Notes under the pieces: model-generated
Seen by the model: only the letters and a program-made list of their open reading frames with translations
Told to the model about the DNA's origin: nothing
The model's database searches: none
Shown: positions 1-12,017 of the stretch, in pieces
How positions within the stretch are numbered: position 1 is the stretch's first letter
Layout of the letters: every line of letters begins with the position of its first letter
DNA from: an uncultured Chloroflexia bacterium
Lineage (GTDB): Bacteria; Chloroflexota; Anaerolineae; CG2-30-64-16
Reading direction: 5' to 3'
Length of the DNA: 64,000 bases
Assembly (NCBI GenBank): GCA_963810095.1
Contig: CAWEMM010000006.1
Span: 1,568,001 to 1,632,000 of the forward strand
Position numbers and translations under genes: made by a program

Positions 1-1085
1 CAGGGCGCCGTCGTCCAATGCGTTGCGGGCAGCGCTTACGGCAGCCTCGGCCCGTGCAACTTCGGCCTCCGCGGCGGCGAGGTCTTCCACGCGCGTGCCG
101 GCTTTAATCAGGTCAAGCTGGGCCTGCGCCTGGAGAACCTGTGCCTTGGCGCTTTCAGCCTGGCTCTGGGCCTGGTCTACCTGGGCCTCGGCGATCTTGA
201 CGCCGGCCTCGGCACGCTGCGCCTGGGCCCGGGCCTGGGCCACCTGGCCCGCGGCCGTCTGCACCCCCGCCTGCGCCTGGGATAGTCCCCGCGGGCGGCG
301 GCGATCTCGGGCCGGCTGGCGCCGCGCTTCAGGTCGGCCAGCCGGGCGGCGGCCGCGTTGTAAGCATTTGTGGCCCGCTCCAGCTCCAGCGCCTGCTGTG
401 ATGCCCCGACGTCCGCGCTGCCCCGGATCCTGTCGTAGGCGGCCTGGGCAACCTGCATGGCCGCTTTAGCGTTGTCAACGTCGTTCTGCGCGGCGATCAG
501 CGCACCCGGCGCGGCGCCTTGCGACACCTTGTCCAGGTTGGCCTGGGCTGCGGCCACGGCAGCCTGGGCTGCGGCTTGGCTGCCGAGTGCGACGTCCACT
601 GCGCTTGCGGCGGCGAGTTGATCTGCCTTGGCGGCTGTCACGTTGCCTTCGGCAACGATCTTGGCCCGTTCGGCAGTCGTCGCGCCGGCCTCCGCGATCC
701 GGAGGCCGGCCTGCGCCGTCGCGATCTCTTCCGGACGTGCGCCGGCTTTGGCCTTGGCAAGCCCTGCCTGCGCCAGCTTCAGCCCGGCCTCGGCGTTCGA
801 CCGCGCTTGCTGGAGGTCGCGGGTGTCAATGCGGGCGAGCTCCTGCCCCGCCTGGACCTCGTCCCCCGCGGAGACGAGGATTTCGACCAGGCGGCCCGAC
901 GCCTGCATGCTGAGCGCAGCTTCCTGAATAGGAACGACGACACCGGTTGCCGAGACGACGTCCACGTCGGCGGCCGGCGTCGGGGCAGCCTGATCCCCGG
1001 GAGGGGCCGCCGCCGGCGCAGGCTGGCAGCCCGCCAGGCTTGCGATGAGAATGGCGGCCACGACGAAAATGCGTAGTGACGGCAT
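1..1085 (-). CDS. HlyD/MacA-family efflux periplasmic adaptor lipoprotein (3' end outside window; frameshift near ~280)
   Basis: Lipobox LAGC, barrel-sandwich motif SGRLVEILVSAGDEVQAGQELARID, long Ala/Gln helical hairpin with GARPEEI repeats; follows ABC permease and ATPase genes. Confidence 0.85.
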
Positions 1086-1106
1086 CTTAGTGACTCCTCC
1101 GGTGGG

Positions 1107-3713
1107 CTACTCGAACTGGATGGCTTCGATGATGCGTACCCGCGCTGCGCGGCGAGCCGGCCAGAACGCGGCCACTTGCGACACGACGAGCGCGATGATC
1201 AGGCTGACCAGCACCCCGGCCAGCGGCATCGTGTACTCGAGCTTGAAACCCGCCATTTGATTGATACTGCCCAGCATGCTGCGCGAGACCAGCACGCCGA
1301 ACGCCAGGCCGAGCACCGCGCCGACGATGCCCATGAGTCCGGCTTCGGCCAGGATCATCCGGCCGATCTGCGCCTTGGTCATGCCCAGGCTGCGGAGCAT
1401 TCCGATCTCTCGGGTGCGCTCGAAAACGTTCATGCTAAGGGTGTTGATAACCCCCAGCGCGGCCACCAGCATGGTGATGATGGACATGACGTCGAACAGG
1501 CTGGTCGTCTGGGTGATCAGCCGCAGGGCGCGCGAGCGGATCGCCTCGTTCGACTCGACCGTGAGATGCTGCCGGGCGCCGTACAACCGGTCGATCCGGT
1601 CGCGCACCGTCGCGCGGGCTCTCCCCTGGCTCTGTGCGCAGCAGGAACGCGTTTACATCGTCCACGCCGAAGTAGCGCTTGGCGTCTTTCCAGCTTGTCT
1701 GCATGACAAGGCCCTGGTTGTAGAAGTCCACCACGACGGCCGCGATGGTGAAATCGTGCTGGCCCCGACGGGTGGCGAGGCGGATCGTATCGCCTTGGTG
1801 CAGGCCGTATTTCTCGGACAGCACGCTTGAGATAAAGACCGTATTGCCCGGCGGCGAGCCGGGCGGCCAGGCGGGCGGGGTCCCCCTGCTCGCCGCTGAA
1901 CACAAACGAGGTCACCTGGCGATAGGAGTCGGGGTCGACGGCCATCAACACGAGGCGCTCATCTCCGCCCGTTGCGAGCACCCGTTTGACGTCGAGGTAG
2001 CGGATCGGCGTGACTGCCTCGACCCCATCAACTTCGGCGATGCTGCGCCCTAACTCGGCGCTGCATGGGCAGCGACGAGTGCACGTAGACATCGCCGCCG
2101 ATGTAGCGCTCGATCCACGACTGGATATCGCCGCCGAACGCCGCGGTGATCGCCCGTATGCTGAGAAGCATCGCGATCCCTGTCATCAGCGCGGCGACGG
2201 TCAGCGCGGTGCGCAGGCGGGCGCGCTGGACATTACGGCTCCCAAGTTGGCCTGCGGGCCCATAAAGGCGGTGCAGCAGCGGCCGCAGTAGTCGCTCGCC
2301 GGCCGTCACGGCAACGGGAATGAGGAACAAGCCGCCAAGAAAGAGGTTCATCACGAACATCTGGCGCATCTGTTCCTGCGCTGCGCCCTCGCCGGGCATG
2401 AACGCCAACGCCGCAAGCGATAGGACCAGGACCGCGATGCCCGCAATCCAACCGCGGCGGACGAACCACCCTTCCTTCGAGGCGCCTCGCACCCGCAGCG
2501 CCTCGAGGGGCGAGATGCGGCTGGCCTGCCGGGCGGGGATGGCGGCGGCCGCCAACGTGACGCCTACGCCCACCAGCAGGGCGGAAATAAGGCCGCTCAG
2601 AGGCACCTGGAGGTCCTGCACTTCCTGGGCCACCACGACTTCCATGACCTTCATCAGCCCCTGCGAAAGCGCCAGCCCCGCGGCGAGTCCGAGCACCGAG
2701 CCGGCGACGCCGATCATTGCCGCTTCGGCCAGGATCTGGCCTAGCACCTGGCGCCGCGTCATGCCCAATGCCCGGAGCATGCCGATCTCGCGGGTGCGCT
2801 CGACCACGGTCATCGAGAACGCGTTGTAGACCAGGAAGCCCCCGACGAACAGCGCGATGGCGCTGAACATATTCAACCCCATCTGGTAGCCGGTAAGCAT
2901 CTGCGACACCCGCTCGCCCTGTGCGGCGGGGTACGTAACGGTGTATCTGGGGCCCAGGCGGGCCTGCAGCCGAGACTTGAGCTCGGCCAGGGCCGCACCC
3001 GACGAAGCTTCGGGCCGCGCGACGACGTCGACCTGGTCTAGGTCGCCTGAGCGCAGGAAGATGTCTTCGGCGGTCTGGAGGGGGACCGCGCCGAATGCAC
3101 CGCTGTTAAGCTGGCCGGGGCCGTCTTTGTCCATCAGGCCCACGACCTTCAGCCGGACGGTGCCGGACGGCGTGACAAGCGCGACCTCGTTGCCCACGCG
3201 GATTTTCTTCTCGTCCGCGTAGTTTTTGACGAGCACGATATCGTAGGCGCTGCGGTTTGGCCCCAGGAACTGCCCTTCGAGGATCTTGTAGTCGCGCGCT
3301 TGCCGGTCCACCGTGGGATCGACACCGTAGAGCAGCAGCCCGCCGCCGACGGCGCCGAAGAAGCTGAGGTTGACCTGGGTGGGCGAGGCCTCGTCGGCCA
3401 GGAGGGCTTGGCCACGCATGACGGGGACCAGCGCCCCGACCCCCGCCGCTTGCTCGATCCGGTTAAGCGCGTCGGAGGCGAAGCCTTGCGCGCTCTCGTC
3501 TGCCGCGGTAATTACGAGGTGGGCTTTGCCCGATGCCTGGGTGAAGACTTCGGTGATGGCATGCAGCGTGCTGACGTTCGTGGTGTTGATGGCGAGGATG
3601 ACCGCAACGCCGAGGACGACGCCGAATAGCGTCGGCACCGTGCGTAGCGGCCGCGCGGCAAGAGAGCGCCACGCCATGGCGATCGTGCGACGGGCTGCGA
3701 TGAATCCGGTCAT
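1107..3713 (-). CDS. FtsX/MacB-family ABC transporter permease (split into 4 ORF pieces by indels)
   Basis: Pieces 2028-3713, 1517-2092, 1435-1905 and 1107-1607 join into a duplicated MacB-PCD+FtsX architecture with two ERTREIGMLR motifs. Confidence 0.85.
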
Positions 3714-3732
3714 GTCTGCCTATCGTGTCTGA

Positions 3733-4486
3733 CTAAGTCTGCAGGTCTTCCATCGTGGCATTTACGGCATGCAGGCGCTGGCTCATATCCTGCATCCCAT
3801 CGACGCGCAGGTCGCACCGCACTGCGCCATCCCTGAGAAAGACGACGCGGTCTGCATACGTGGCCGCCCGCGGGTCATGCGTCACCATGACGATCGTTTG
3901 GCCCAACTCGTCGCACGAGCGACGAAGGAGCTCCATCACTGCGGTCCCTGTCTTCGAGTCGAGGTTGCCGGTAGGCTCGTCCGCGAGGACAATGGCAGGC
4001 TCGGTGACCAGTGCGCGGGCAATCGCGACGCGCTGCTGCTCGCCGCCCGACAGCTGATCTGGCTTGTGGGTCCGCCGGCCAGTGAGGCCCACGAGATCCA
4101 ACAGCCGGTCGATCCGCTCGCGAAACTTCGCCGCGCTCTGATTAGCGATGAGGAGCGGCAGGGTGATGTTTTCTTCGGCCGTCAGTGTAGGGAGGAGGTT
4201 GTAGAACTGGAAGATGAAGCCGATGTTGTGGCGTCTGGCCAGCGTCGCCTGGTTATCGTCGAGGCCCGAGAAGCGCAGTCCGGCGAGCGTGATGTCGCCA
4301 CCTGAAGGCCGGTCGAGCCCCCCCAGCAGGTGCAAGAGCGTCGACTTCCCGCTCCCCGAGGGGCCCATAATCGCAACGAACTCGCCGCGTTCGACCGAGA
4401 AGTCGACTCCGGCCAGCGCGATCACGACGTGATCCGGCCGACCCGTACTGTTTTTGGAGGTCTGAAGCTTCGAGGATGGACATCAT
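3733..4486 (-). CDS. ABC transporter ATP-binding protein (LolD/MacB-like); N-terminus frameshifted
   Basis: Walker [19 protein letters not shown] signature, [14 protein letters not shown]; N-terminus [15 protein letters not shown] lies in the adjacent frame. Confidence 0.9.
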
Positions 4487-4511
4487 TGTACCTTCCGCCA
4501 CGAATTGTGGC

Positions 4512-4541
4512 ATTGTATAGCCAGTATATAGGTGTTGTCAA
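4512..4541 (-). promoter_or_regulatory. sigma70-type promoter for the ABC exporter operon
   Basis: Minus strand TTGACA (4541-4536), 18-bp spacer, TACAAT (4517-4512), just upstream of the ATPase start. Confidence 0.6.
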
Positions 4542-4755
4542 CCCGTGACGGTGAGGCAGCATGTAATGCAATAACGCGGCGGGTTTTGTGGAGCGGAGAC
4601 CGGGCGCGGATAGCGAAGCTTTGCATCCGCCCTCACTTGGCGCGATTGTGCCTCTGTGGTACAAATAAGGTCGTGACACAGCGCGGCATGTCTTCTGCCT
4701 GCCACCACGTCCTGACAGCCGCTGCGAATAGTCCTCACGCGAAGGAGCAGAGGAA

Positions 4756-6901
4756 ATGATTCACGAACCGCTATGTACTCCAGGTGTGCCCTGCCGCTAC
4801 GGCTTCTGGAACATTCCTGCCCCGCTCGAGATTGTCTTCTACGCCAGCATGGCGATTGCAGTGGCCCTCCTGATCTGGGGCATCGTGCGGCGTGTGGTGT
4901 TGTGGCGCCGTGCCCAACCTGAGTTCGGCCTCGACCATCCCATCCAGCGCCTGGGTCGGGTCGTCAAGTACGGGGTCGTGCAGGTTAAGATCCTGCGCGA
5001 ACGCTATCCGGGCACGTTTCACCTCGCCTTATTCTGGGGCATGGTCGTTCTCTTCATCGGGACCGTGTTGGCCACGATCGACAGCGACGTCTTCGAGCTT
5101 TTCTTCGACGCCAAACTGCTCCAAGGCCCCTTCTACGTCTTCTACAAGGTCGTTCTTGACCTGGCGGGCCTCGGGTTTCTTGTCGGCCTCGGCATGGCGA
5201 TGTACCGCCGCTACATCGTGCGCCCGCCCCGGCTGAACATCGACTGGCGCTTCAACCTGACGGAGCCGCTCCTTGGCTTCATCATTATCACCGGCTTCCT
5301 GATTGGCGCGCTGCGCCTGGCGGTGATGGATCCGCCCTGGGGCCCGGCGCAGATCGTCGCCTATCCGATCAGCCGGCTGCTGCAGGGCGCGCCGGCAGAG
5401 GCGCTGCTAGTGGCGCACCGGTCGATGTGGATCACGCATTACCTGATCGTCGCCCTATTCTTCGCGGTCATCCCGTACACGAACCTCTTCCACATCTTCT
5501 CGTCGCCCGCCAACATCTTCGTGGCCCCGTTCCGCAAGCGGGGTGCGCTGTGGCCGATCAAGGACCTGGAGCAGGCGGAGCAACTGGGCGCGGCGAAGCT
5601 CACCGACTTTGCGTGGCCCCGGCTGGCGAACTTCGATGCGTGCACCGAGTGCGGGCGCTGCCAGGACGTCTGCCCGGCGTTCGCGGCCCTCGAGCCCCTC
5701 AACCCGAAGTACGTCATTCTGAACCTGCGCGACTACATGACCGAGCAGCAAGCGCAGCTGCGCAAGCTGCCCGCCGCAGAAGCGAGTGGCGACCAGCGGC
5801 GATGGCAGCCAGGCCGCCGAGGCCCCCAAGGCGGCGAGTGACGGAACTGATAAATCCAACGGCCGGCGCATGGTAGGCGACATAATCACCCCCGAGGTGC
5901 TCTGGGCCTGCACCACCTGCATGCACTGCGTGTACGAGTGCCCGGTGCTGATCGAGCACGTGGACGCGATCGTCGACATGCGCCGGCAGCTGGCGCTGAT
6001 GGAAGGCAACGTGCCGCCCAGCCTGGGCACGACCTTGACCAACATCGAGCGCGCCGGCAACCCCTGGAAGCAGCCGAAGCGCAAGCGGGCAGCGTGGGCG
6101 CAGGCGCTGGACTTCGAAGTCCCCATCATGGCAAACGTGGGCGAGGCCGACGTGCTGTGGTGGGTGGGCTGTGCCGGGTCATACGACCCGCGCAACCAGA
6201 AGGTGACCCGGGCGCTGGCGAAGATCATGTATGAAGCGGGCGTGAATTTCGCGATCCTGGGTGAAGAAGAAACCTGCAACGGCGACCAGGCGCGACGGGC
6301 GGGCAACGAGTACCTGTTCCAGCAGCTGGCGAGCCAGAACATCGAGACGATGAACCAGTACAAGTTCAAAACCATCGTCACCCAGTGCCCCCACTGCTTC
6401 AACGTGCTGCAAAACGAGTACCCGCAGATGGGGGGCAACTACCAGGTGCTGCACCACTCGCAGTTTATCCAGAAGCTGCTGGACGACGGCGACGTCCGTG
6501 TGCGGCGCACGGCCGGCGGACACGAGACGCTGACCTACCATGACCCGTGCTACCTGGGCCGGTACAATGACATCTACGACGCGCCCCGCGAGGTCGCGAC
6601 GTCCAGCGGAAAGTCGTTGATCGAGATCCCGCGCTCGCGCGATATGTCGATGTGCTGCGGTGGCGGCGGCGCGCGCGTCTGGATGGAGGACGAGGGCGAG
6701 GTGCGGGTGAACCGCAACCGGATGGCGCAGATCATGGAGACCGGGCAGGAGGATGTCGCGGTGGCGTGCCCCTTCTGCATGATCATGCTGGAGGACGCAC
6801 GGGGCGCGCTAGATGCGGAGAACGTGCAAATCCGGGACATCGCCGAGATCGTGGCCGAGAACCTTATCGAGACGCGGAAGGAACCGGCGCCCGAAGCCTG
6901 A
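4756..6901 (+). CDS. FadF/heterodisulfide-reductase-like membrane Fe-S oxidoreductase (frameshift ~5800)
   Basis: N-terminal multi-TM NarI-like region, CTECGRCQDVCP and CTTCMHCVYECP 4Fe-4S motifs, CCG domains (WVGC, CPHC, YHDPCYLGR, CCGGGG, CPFC). Confidence 0.85.
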
Positions 6902-6915
6902 CCCGGAGGAGCCAG

Positions 6916-8013
6916 ATGTTCAAGCGGATCTTGTTTCCCGGAAAGTACATCCAGGGTGCGGGCGCTCTGGCCGAGTTGCCGGTGCTCGTCAAGCTGTTCG
7001 GCGCGCAAGGGCTGATCCTTGCTTCGCCCACGGCCCAGCAGAATATTCTTCCCGCGAGCGGCCTCGACCTCGCTGCTCACTGTTTGCCCGTGGAGCGCTT
7101 CGGGGGGGAGTGCAGCGAGAAGGAGCTGGCGCGGCTGGGCGCAATTATCGAGCAGCGCGGCGTCGACGTCCTGGTCGCAATGGGTGGTGGGAAGACGATC
7201 GACACGGCAAAGATCGCCGCGGATCGGGCCAACATCCCCGTGATCGTCGTGCCGACGATCGCGTCGACGGACGCGCCGACGAGCGGCTGCGCCGTGGTGT
7301 ATTCGGAGCAGGGCGTCTTCGAGACGACGTATTACCAGAAGCTCAACCCGGCGGCCGTCCTCGTCGACACGGACGTCATCGTCAAGGCGCCCGTCCGCTT
7401 TCTCGTTTCGGGCATGGGCGACGCATTGGCCACCTGGTTCGAAGCCGCGTCGTGCAGCCAAACGCAATCGCGTAACGAGTGCGGCGGCCTCGGCACGATG
7501 ACCGCGCTCGCCATCGCTAAGCTGTGTTACGACACGCTGCTGCAATACGGACCCGCCGCAAAGATTGCCGCGGAGAGGCAGATAGTCACACCGGCGGTCG
7601 AACGCGTCGTGGAGGCGAACATCCTGCTGAGTGGGGTCGGGTTTGAAAGCGGCGGCCTCGCAAGTGCGCACTCCATCCACAACGGGCTGACGGCGCTGGA
7701 AGAGACACATGCCTATTTCCACGGCGAGAAGGTCGGGTTCGGCCTCTTGGCCGGGCTCCAGCTCACCGACGCCCCCCAGGCCGTGTCGTCCGAGGTCTTC
7801 TCCTTCTGCGAAGAGGTGGGCTTGCCCACCACCCTCCAGGATATAGGGCTCGGGGCTGTCGACCGGGTCCGGCTGATGCGCGCGGCGGAGAAGGCTTGCG
7901 CGCCGGGTGAGTTCATCCACCATGAAGCCGGCGAGATGACGCCGGCGAAAGTGTGTGATGCCATGTTGGCGGCCGATGCCATCGGGCAGTTCCGGAAGAA
8001 GATGAAACACTAA
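6916..8013 (+). CDS. gldA: Glycerol dehydrogenase
   Basis: FPGKYIQGAG start, GGGKTIDTAK, PTIASTDAP, GMGDALATWFEA, AHSIHNGL, HGEKVGFG; RBS GGAGG. Confidence 0.88.
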   Translation: MFKRILFPGKYIQGAGALAELPVLVKLFGAQGLILASPTAQQNILPASGLDLAAHCLPVERFGGECSEKELARLGAIIEQRGVDVLVAMGGGKTIDTAKIAADRANIPVIVVPTIASTDAPTSGCAVVYSEQGVFETTYYQKLNPAAVLVDTDVIVKAPVRFLVSGMGDALATWFEAASCSQTQSRNECGGLGTMTALAIAKLCYDTLLQYGPAAKIAAERQIVTPAVERVVEANILLSGVGFESGGLASAHSIHNGLTALEETHAYFHGEKVGFGLLAGLQLTDAPQAVSSEVFSFCEEVGLPTTLQDIGLGAVDRVRLMRAAEKACAPGEFIHHEAGEMTPAKVCDAMLAADAIGQFRKKMKH

Positions 8014-8042
8014 ACGAAGCGTCAGGTGAAAGTGTCCGCTGC

Positions 8043-8077
8043 CACGTGCCCGGCACTGCCAAAGTGCCGGGCACGTG
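8043..8077. repeat. REP-like palindrome (15-bp stem)
   Basis: CACGTGCCCGGCACT-gccaa-AGTGCCGGGCACGTG just downstream of gldA. Confidence 0.7.
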
Positions 8078-8147
8078 ACGCAAGCTCATCTTGGGACTGA
8101 CCGGGCACCTGCGGCCCTCCTGCCGCCGGCCCGGTTCCCCGCACCCT

Positions 8148-8183
8148 GACCGCAAAGAGTATTACAGACTCTTTGCGGTCTTT
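8148..8183 (+). terminator. Hairpin / possible intrinsic terminator
   Basis: GACCGCAAAGAGT-attacag-ACTCTTTGCGGTC followed by TTT. Confidence 0.5.
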
Positions 8184-8213
8184 ACTCTAAGCTTCCTCTG
8201 CTAGGGAGGGAGC

Positions 8214-9242
8214 ATGCCTGCATTGACCGCGCAACAATTCATTACCCGCGACCATGCCGCTGCGCTGACGGCCGAACAACAGCTCGACATGTACGAAGCC
8301 ATGCTGCAAGCCCGCAAGCTCGACGAGCGGATGTGGGTGCTGCACCGGCAGGGGAAGGTCGCGTTTCATATTTCTGGCATGGGCCAGGAGGCGTGCCAGG
8401 TGGGCGCGGCCTTTGCCATGGAGCGCGGCAAAGACTGGCTGCACCCCTACTATCGCGACATGGCCTTTGTGCTGGCCCTCGGCATGACCCCCCGGCACCT
8501 CATGCTGGCGCTGTTCGGCAAAGCAGAAGATCCAAGCTCGGGCGGCCGGCAGATGCCCTCCCATTTCGGCTACGCGCCCAGCCGCATCGTCTCCGGTTCG
8601 AGCCCGGTGGCCACGCAGTGCCCGCAGGCGGCGGGCATCGCCTTTGCAGCCAAGCTGCGCGGGCTGGACGAAGTGGTTTTCGTCTGCCTGGGCGAGGGCA
8701 GCACGAGCCAGGGCGACTTTCACGAGGCGCTCAACTGGGCCGGCATCCACGACCTGCCGCTCATCACGTTGGTGCAGAACAACCAATACGCGATCTCGGT
8801 GCCCCTCGAAAAGCAGATGCCCGTGCCTAACGTGGCGGACCGCGGCGACGCATACGGGATGCCGGGCGTGATGTACGACGGCAACGACATCTACGAGTGC
8901 TACAACGTGGCGCGCGAGGCCGTGCTGCGGGGCCGACGCGGCGAGGGGCCGACGCTGCTGGAGGCGAAAACCTACCGGCCGACACCGCACTCGTCGGACG
9001 ACGACGACCGCTCTTACCGCAGCCGTGACGAGGTCGAGATGTGGAAGAAGCGGGACCCCCTGCTGCGCATGGAGAAGACGCTGCGCGAGCGCGGCATCCT
9101 CGAAGACGCCGAGCAGGGGCGCATCCTGAACCGCGTCATGTCCAAGGTGGACGACGCGACCGAGTACGCGCAGCGCGCGCCCTACCCCCGCGGCGAGGAC
9201 GCCATGCACCCGGTGTTTGGAGGGCTGCCCCATGCCGGTTAA
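8214..9242 (+). CDS. bkdAA: Branched-chain 2-oxo-acid dehydrogenase E1 alpha (TPP-dependent)
   Basis: GKVAFHISGMGQEA, PYYRD, SSPVATQ, GEGSTSQGDFHEALN..NN TPP motif, HSSDDD. Confidence 0.8.
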   Translation: MPALTAQQFITRDHAAALTAEQQLDMYEAMLQARKLDERMWVLHRQGKVAFHISGMGQEACQVGAAFAMERGKDWLHPYYRDMAFVLALGMTPRHLMLALFGKAEDPSSGGRQMPSHFGYAPSRIVSGSSPVATQCPQAAGIAFAAKLRGLDEVVFVCLGEGSTSQGDFHEALNWAGIHDLPLITLVQNNQYAISVPLEKQMPVPNVADRGDAYGMPGVMYDGNDIYECYNVAREAVLRGRRGEGPTLLEAKTYRPTPHSSDDDDRSYRSRDEVEMWKKRDPLLRMEKTLRERGILEDAEQGRILNRVMSKVDDATEYAQRAPYPRGEDAMHPVFGGLPHAG

Positions 9243-10216
9243 GAGCAACATCGAGGCGTTGCGCGAGACGATGGCCGCGGAAATGCGCCGCGACCCGACG
9301 ATCATCATAACCGGCGAGGACGTTGGCCAGCGCGGCGGCGTGTTTCGCGCGACCGAGGGCCTGTTTGCCGAGTTTGGGCCGAGCCGGGTGATCGACAGCC
9401 CGCTTTCTGAGCTATCCATCGTCGGCGTCGGTATCGGCATGGCGCTTAACGGCATCCGGCCGATCTGCGAGATCCAGTTCGCCGACTTCATCCACCCCGC
9501 GTTCAACCAGATCGTCAACGAGGCCGCCAAGATGCGCTACCGCTCGAACGGCCAATTTTGCGTGCCGATGGTGATCCGCGCGCCGTACGGCGGTGGGATC
9601 AGCGGCGCGCTGTATCACTCGCAGTCGATCGAGGCGATCTTCTGCCACACGCCCGGCCTGTATGTCCTGGCGCCGAGCACGCCGTACGATACTGCGGGCC
9701 TGCTGCGCAGCGCGCTGCGCGCGCCCGACCCCGTGCTGTTCCTGGAGCACAAGAAGCTGTACCGGGCGGTCAAGGGTGAGGTGCCGGACGGGCGACTTTT
9801 TTGTGCCCATCGGCAAGGCCGACGTCAAGCGGCCGGGCGAGGACTTGACCATCATTGCCTACGGCCTGATGCTGCACGAATCGCTGAAGGCGGCCGAGGT
9901 GTTGGCACGGGAGGGCGTGAGCGTGGAAGTGCTCGACCTGCGCACCCTCTCGCCGCTGGATAAAGAGGCGATTCTGACCTCGGTTAAGAAGACGGGCAAG
10001 GTCCTGATCGTATACGAGGACAACTACACGGGCGGGCTGGGCGGAGAGGTTGCGGCCATCGTCGCCGAGAACGCGTTCGAGCACCTCGACGGCCCGATCA
10101 CGCGCCTGGCCGGGCCGGATATCCCCGCGATGCCGTTCAGCCACCCGATGCAGGATTTCTTCCTGCCGAATGCGGAGAAGATCGCCGCCGCGGCCCGCAC
10201 GCTGGCCGCGTACTAG
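9232..10216 (+). CDS. bkdAB: 2-oxo-acid dehydrogenase E1 beta (frameshift ~9790)
   Basis: GEDVG..GGVFRAT, EIQFADFIHPAFNQ, YHSQS, FLEHKKLY, DLRTLSPLD. Confidence 0.8.
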
Positions 10217-10225
10217 GAGCCTGCC

Positions 10226-11784
10226 ATGCCAACGAAGGTCATCATGCCGCAGCTCGGCGAGTCGGTTGTCGAGGGCACCGTCGGCCATTGGCTGGTCCAG
10301 GAGGGCCAGCCCGTCAAGGAATACGAGCCCCTGTTGGCCGTGACGACGGACAAGGTCGATACGGAGATTCCCGCGCCGGCCAGCGGCATCCTGCTGAAGG
10401 TGTATGTCGGCGAAGGCCAGACCGTCGCGGCAGGCACGTTGTTGGCCGAAATCGGGACCGCCGAGGAAGCGCCCGCGGCCAGCCCGGAGCAAGGCAACGG
10501 CCACGCCGGCGGGCAGCCGGCGCAGCGCGACGGGGCCCTCACGCCCCAACCCGCGGGTGCAGCGGAGGGCCGATCAGGTTCGACGCCTGTGGCGCAGCGC
10601 ATGGCGGCCGAGCACGGCATCGACCTGGACCAGGTGCCTGGCACGGGGCCGGGCGGGCGGGTGACCAAGGAGGACGTCGAGGCGTTCTTGGCCGCGACGG
10701 AGGGCGTCGAGGAGCAGCGCCCGGGAGCGAGTTCGCTCGCGGGCGGGTTCATTTCGCCGGCCGTGGGACGCCTCGCGGCCGAGATGGGCGTGGATCTCTC
10801 CGAGGTCGTCGGAACGGGCGCGGGTGGGCGCATTACCAAGAAGGATGTGCTCGCGTACGTGGCGACGCCGTCGCCACGAGGTGAAGCCGCAGCCGCAAGC
10901 GACGGGGAGCTCGCGCCGTGGGAGCGACCCGGCACAGGCGATCTCTTTAAGCCCACGGACGAGATGGGGCGGGAAGAGTCACAGCCCGCTGCGCCGCAGC
11001 CAGTGCGGCCGCTGGCCCAGTCGCCCACATCGCACCCGCGCGCCGTGTCGGCCGCAACGGCCAGCGCGACGCTTGACTCCGAGCTGGTGCCGATGTCGGC
11101 CGTACGCAAGAGCATCGCGAAGCACATGCTGCGTCAGCAAGCAGACATCGCCCCATGTGACTACGGTCATGGAGGCGGACCTCACGCGGGTCGTCGAAGG
11201 CGCGCGAGCGGCTGAAGGGCGAGTTCGAACGGCAGGGCGTGCGCCTCACTTTCACCCCGTTCTTCGTGCAGGCGATCGTGGCGGGGCTCAAGGCCCAGCC
11301 CGAGGCGAACAGCACGTTTAGCGAGGATGGCTTGCTCGTTCACCGGCGGATCCATGTCGGGATGGCGGTCGCGATCCCCGACGGACTGATCGTGCCCGTG
11401 ATCCGTGATGCGGACGAGCGCAGCTTGCTGGGGCTGGCACGGGCTGTGAACGACCTGGCCGAGCGCGCTCGCATGAGGAAGCTTGCGCCGGAGGAGGTTC
11501 AAGGGGGCACCTTCACGCTCACCAACCACGGCACCGCGGGCAGCCTGTTCGCCACGCCGATCATCAACCAGCCGCAGGCCGGCATCCTGGGCGTCGGCGC
11601 GATCGAAAAGCGGGCGGTCGTGCTCAGCCAGGGGCACCCGCTGCTGCCGGATGCGGACGACGTAATCGCCATCCGGCCGATGGCCTATCTGAGTTTCACG
11701 TTTGACCATCGTGTGCTCGACGGGCGGGGCGCGGACGGGTTCCTGGCCGCTGTGAAAGCGTTCCTGGAAGCCTACAAGGATTGA
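10226..11784 (+). CDS. bkdB: Dihydrolipoamide acyltransferase E2 with two E3-binding domains (frameshifts ~11135-11210)
   Basis: Lipoyl domain TDKVDTEIP, two GTG.GGR.TK.DV PSBD motifs, GGTFTLTN, catalytic FDHRVLDG. Confidence 0.8.
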
Positions 11785-11804
11785 GTTCCGACAGAGAAGC
11801 GAGG

Positions 11805-11854
11805 AGAAACCAGGCTTCGTGCGAGCTTCGCTCGCTTCGAGAAACCTGGTTTCT
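11805..11854. repeat. Paired AGAAACCNGGTTTCT-type palindromic repeat
   Basis: AGAAACCAGGCTTC at 11805 and AGAAACCTGGTTTCT at 11840; related pairs at 20760-20791 and 21950-22000. Confidence 0.7.
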
Positions 11855-12017
11855 GCGCGGTTCCGGCCTCTCACTGCGGCTGACGCACGTCATTGCATCG
11901 CGGGCGCAAACACGTTACACTCTTTCCGTTTGACTAACTGCAGTCGTTCCGTCACGGGCCAGGCGCGGCAGCGCCCGGCCAAACCCGGAACGGAACAACA
12001 AAGGAGATGGACTAATC

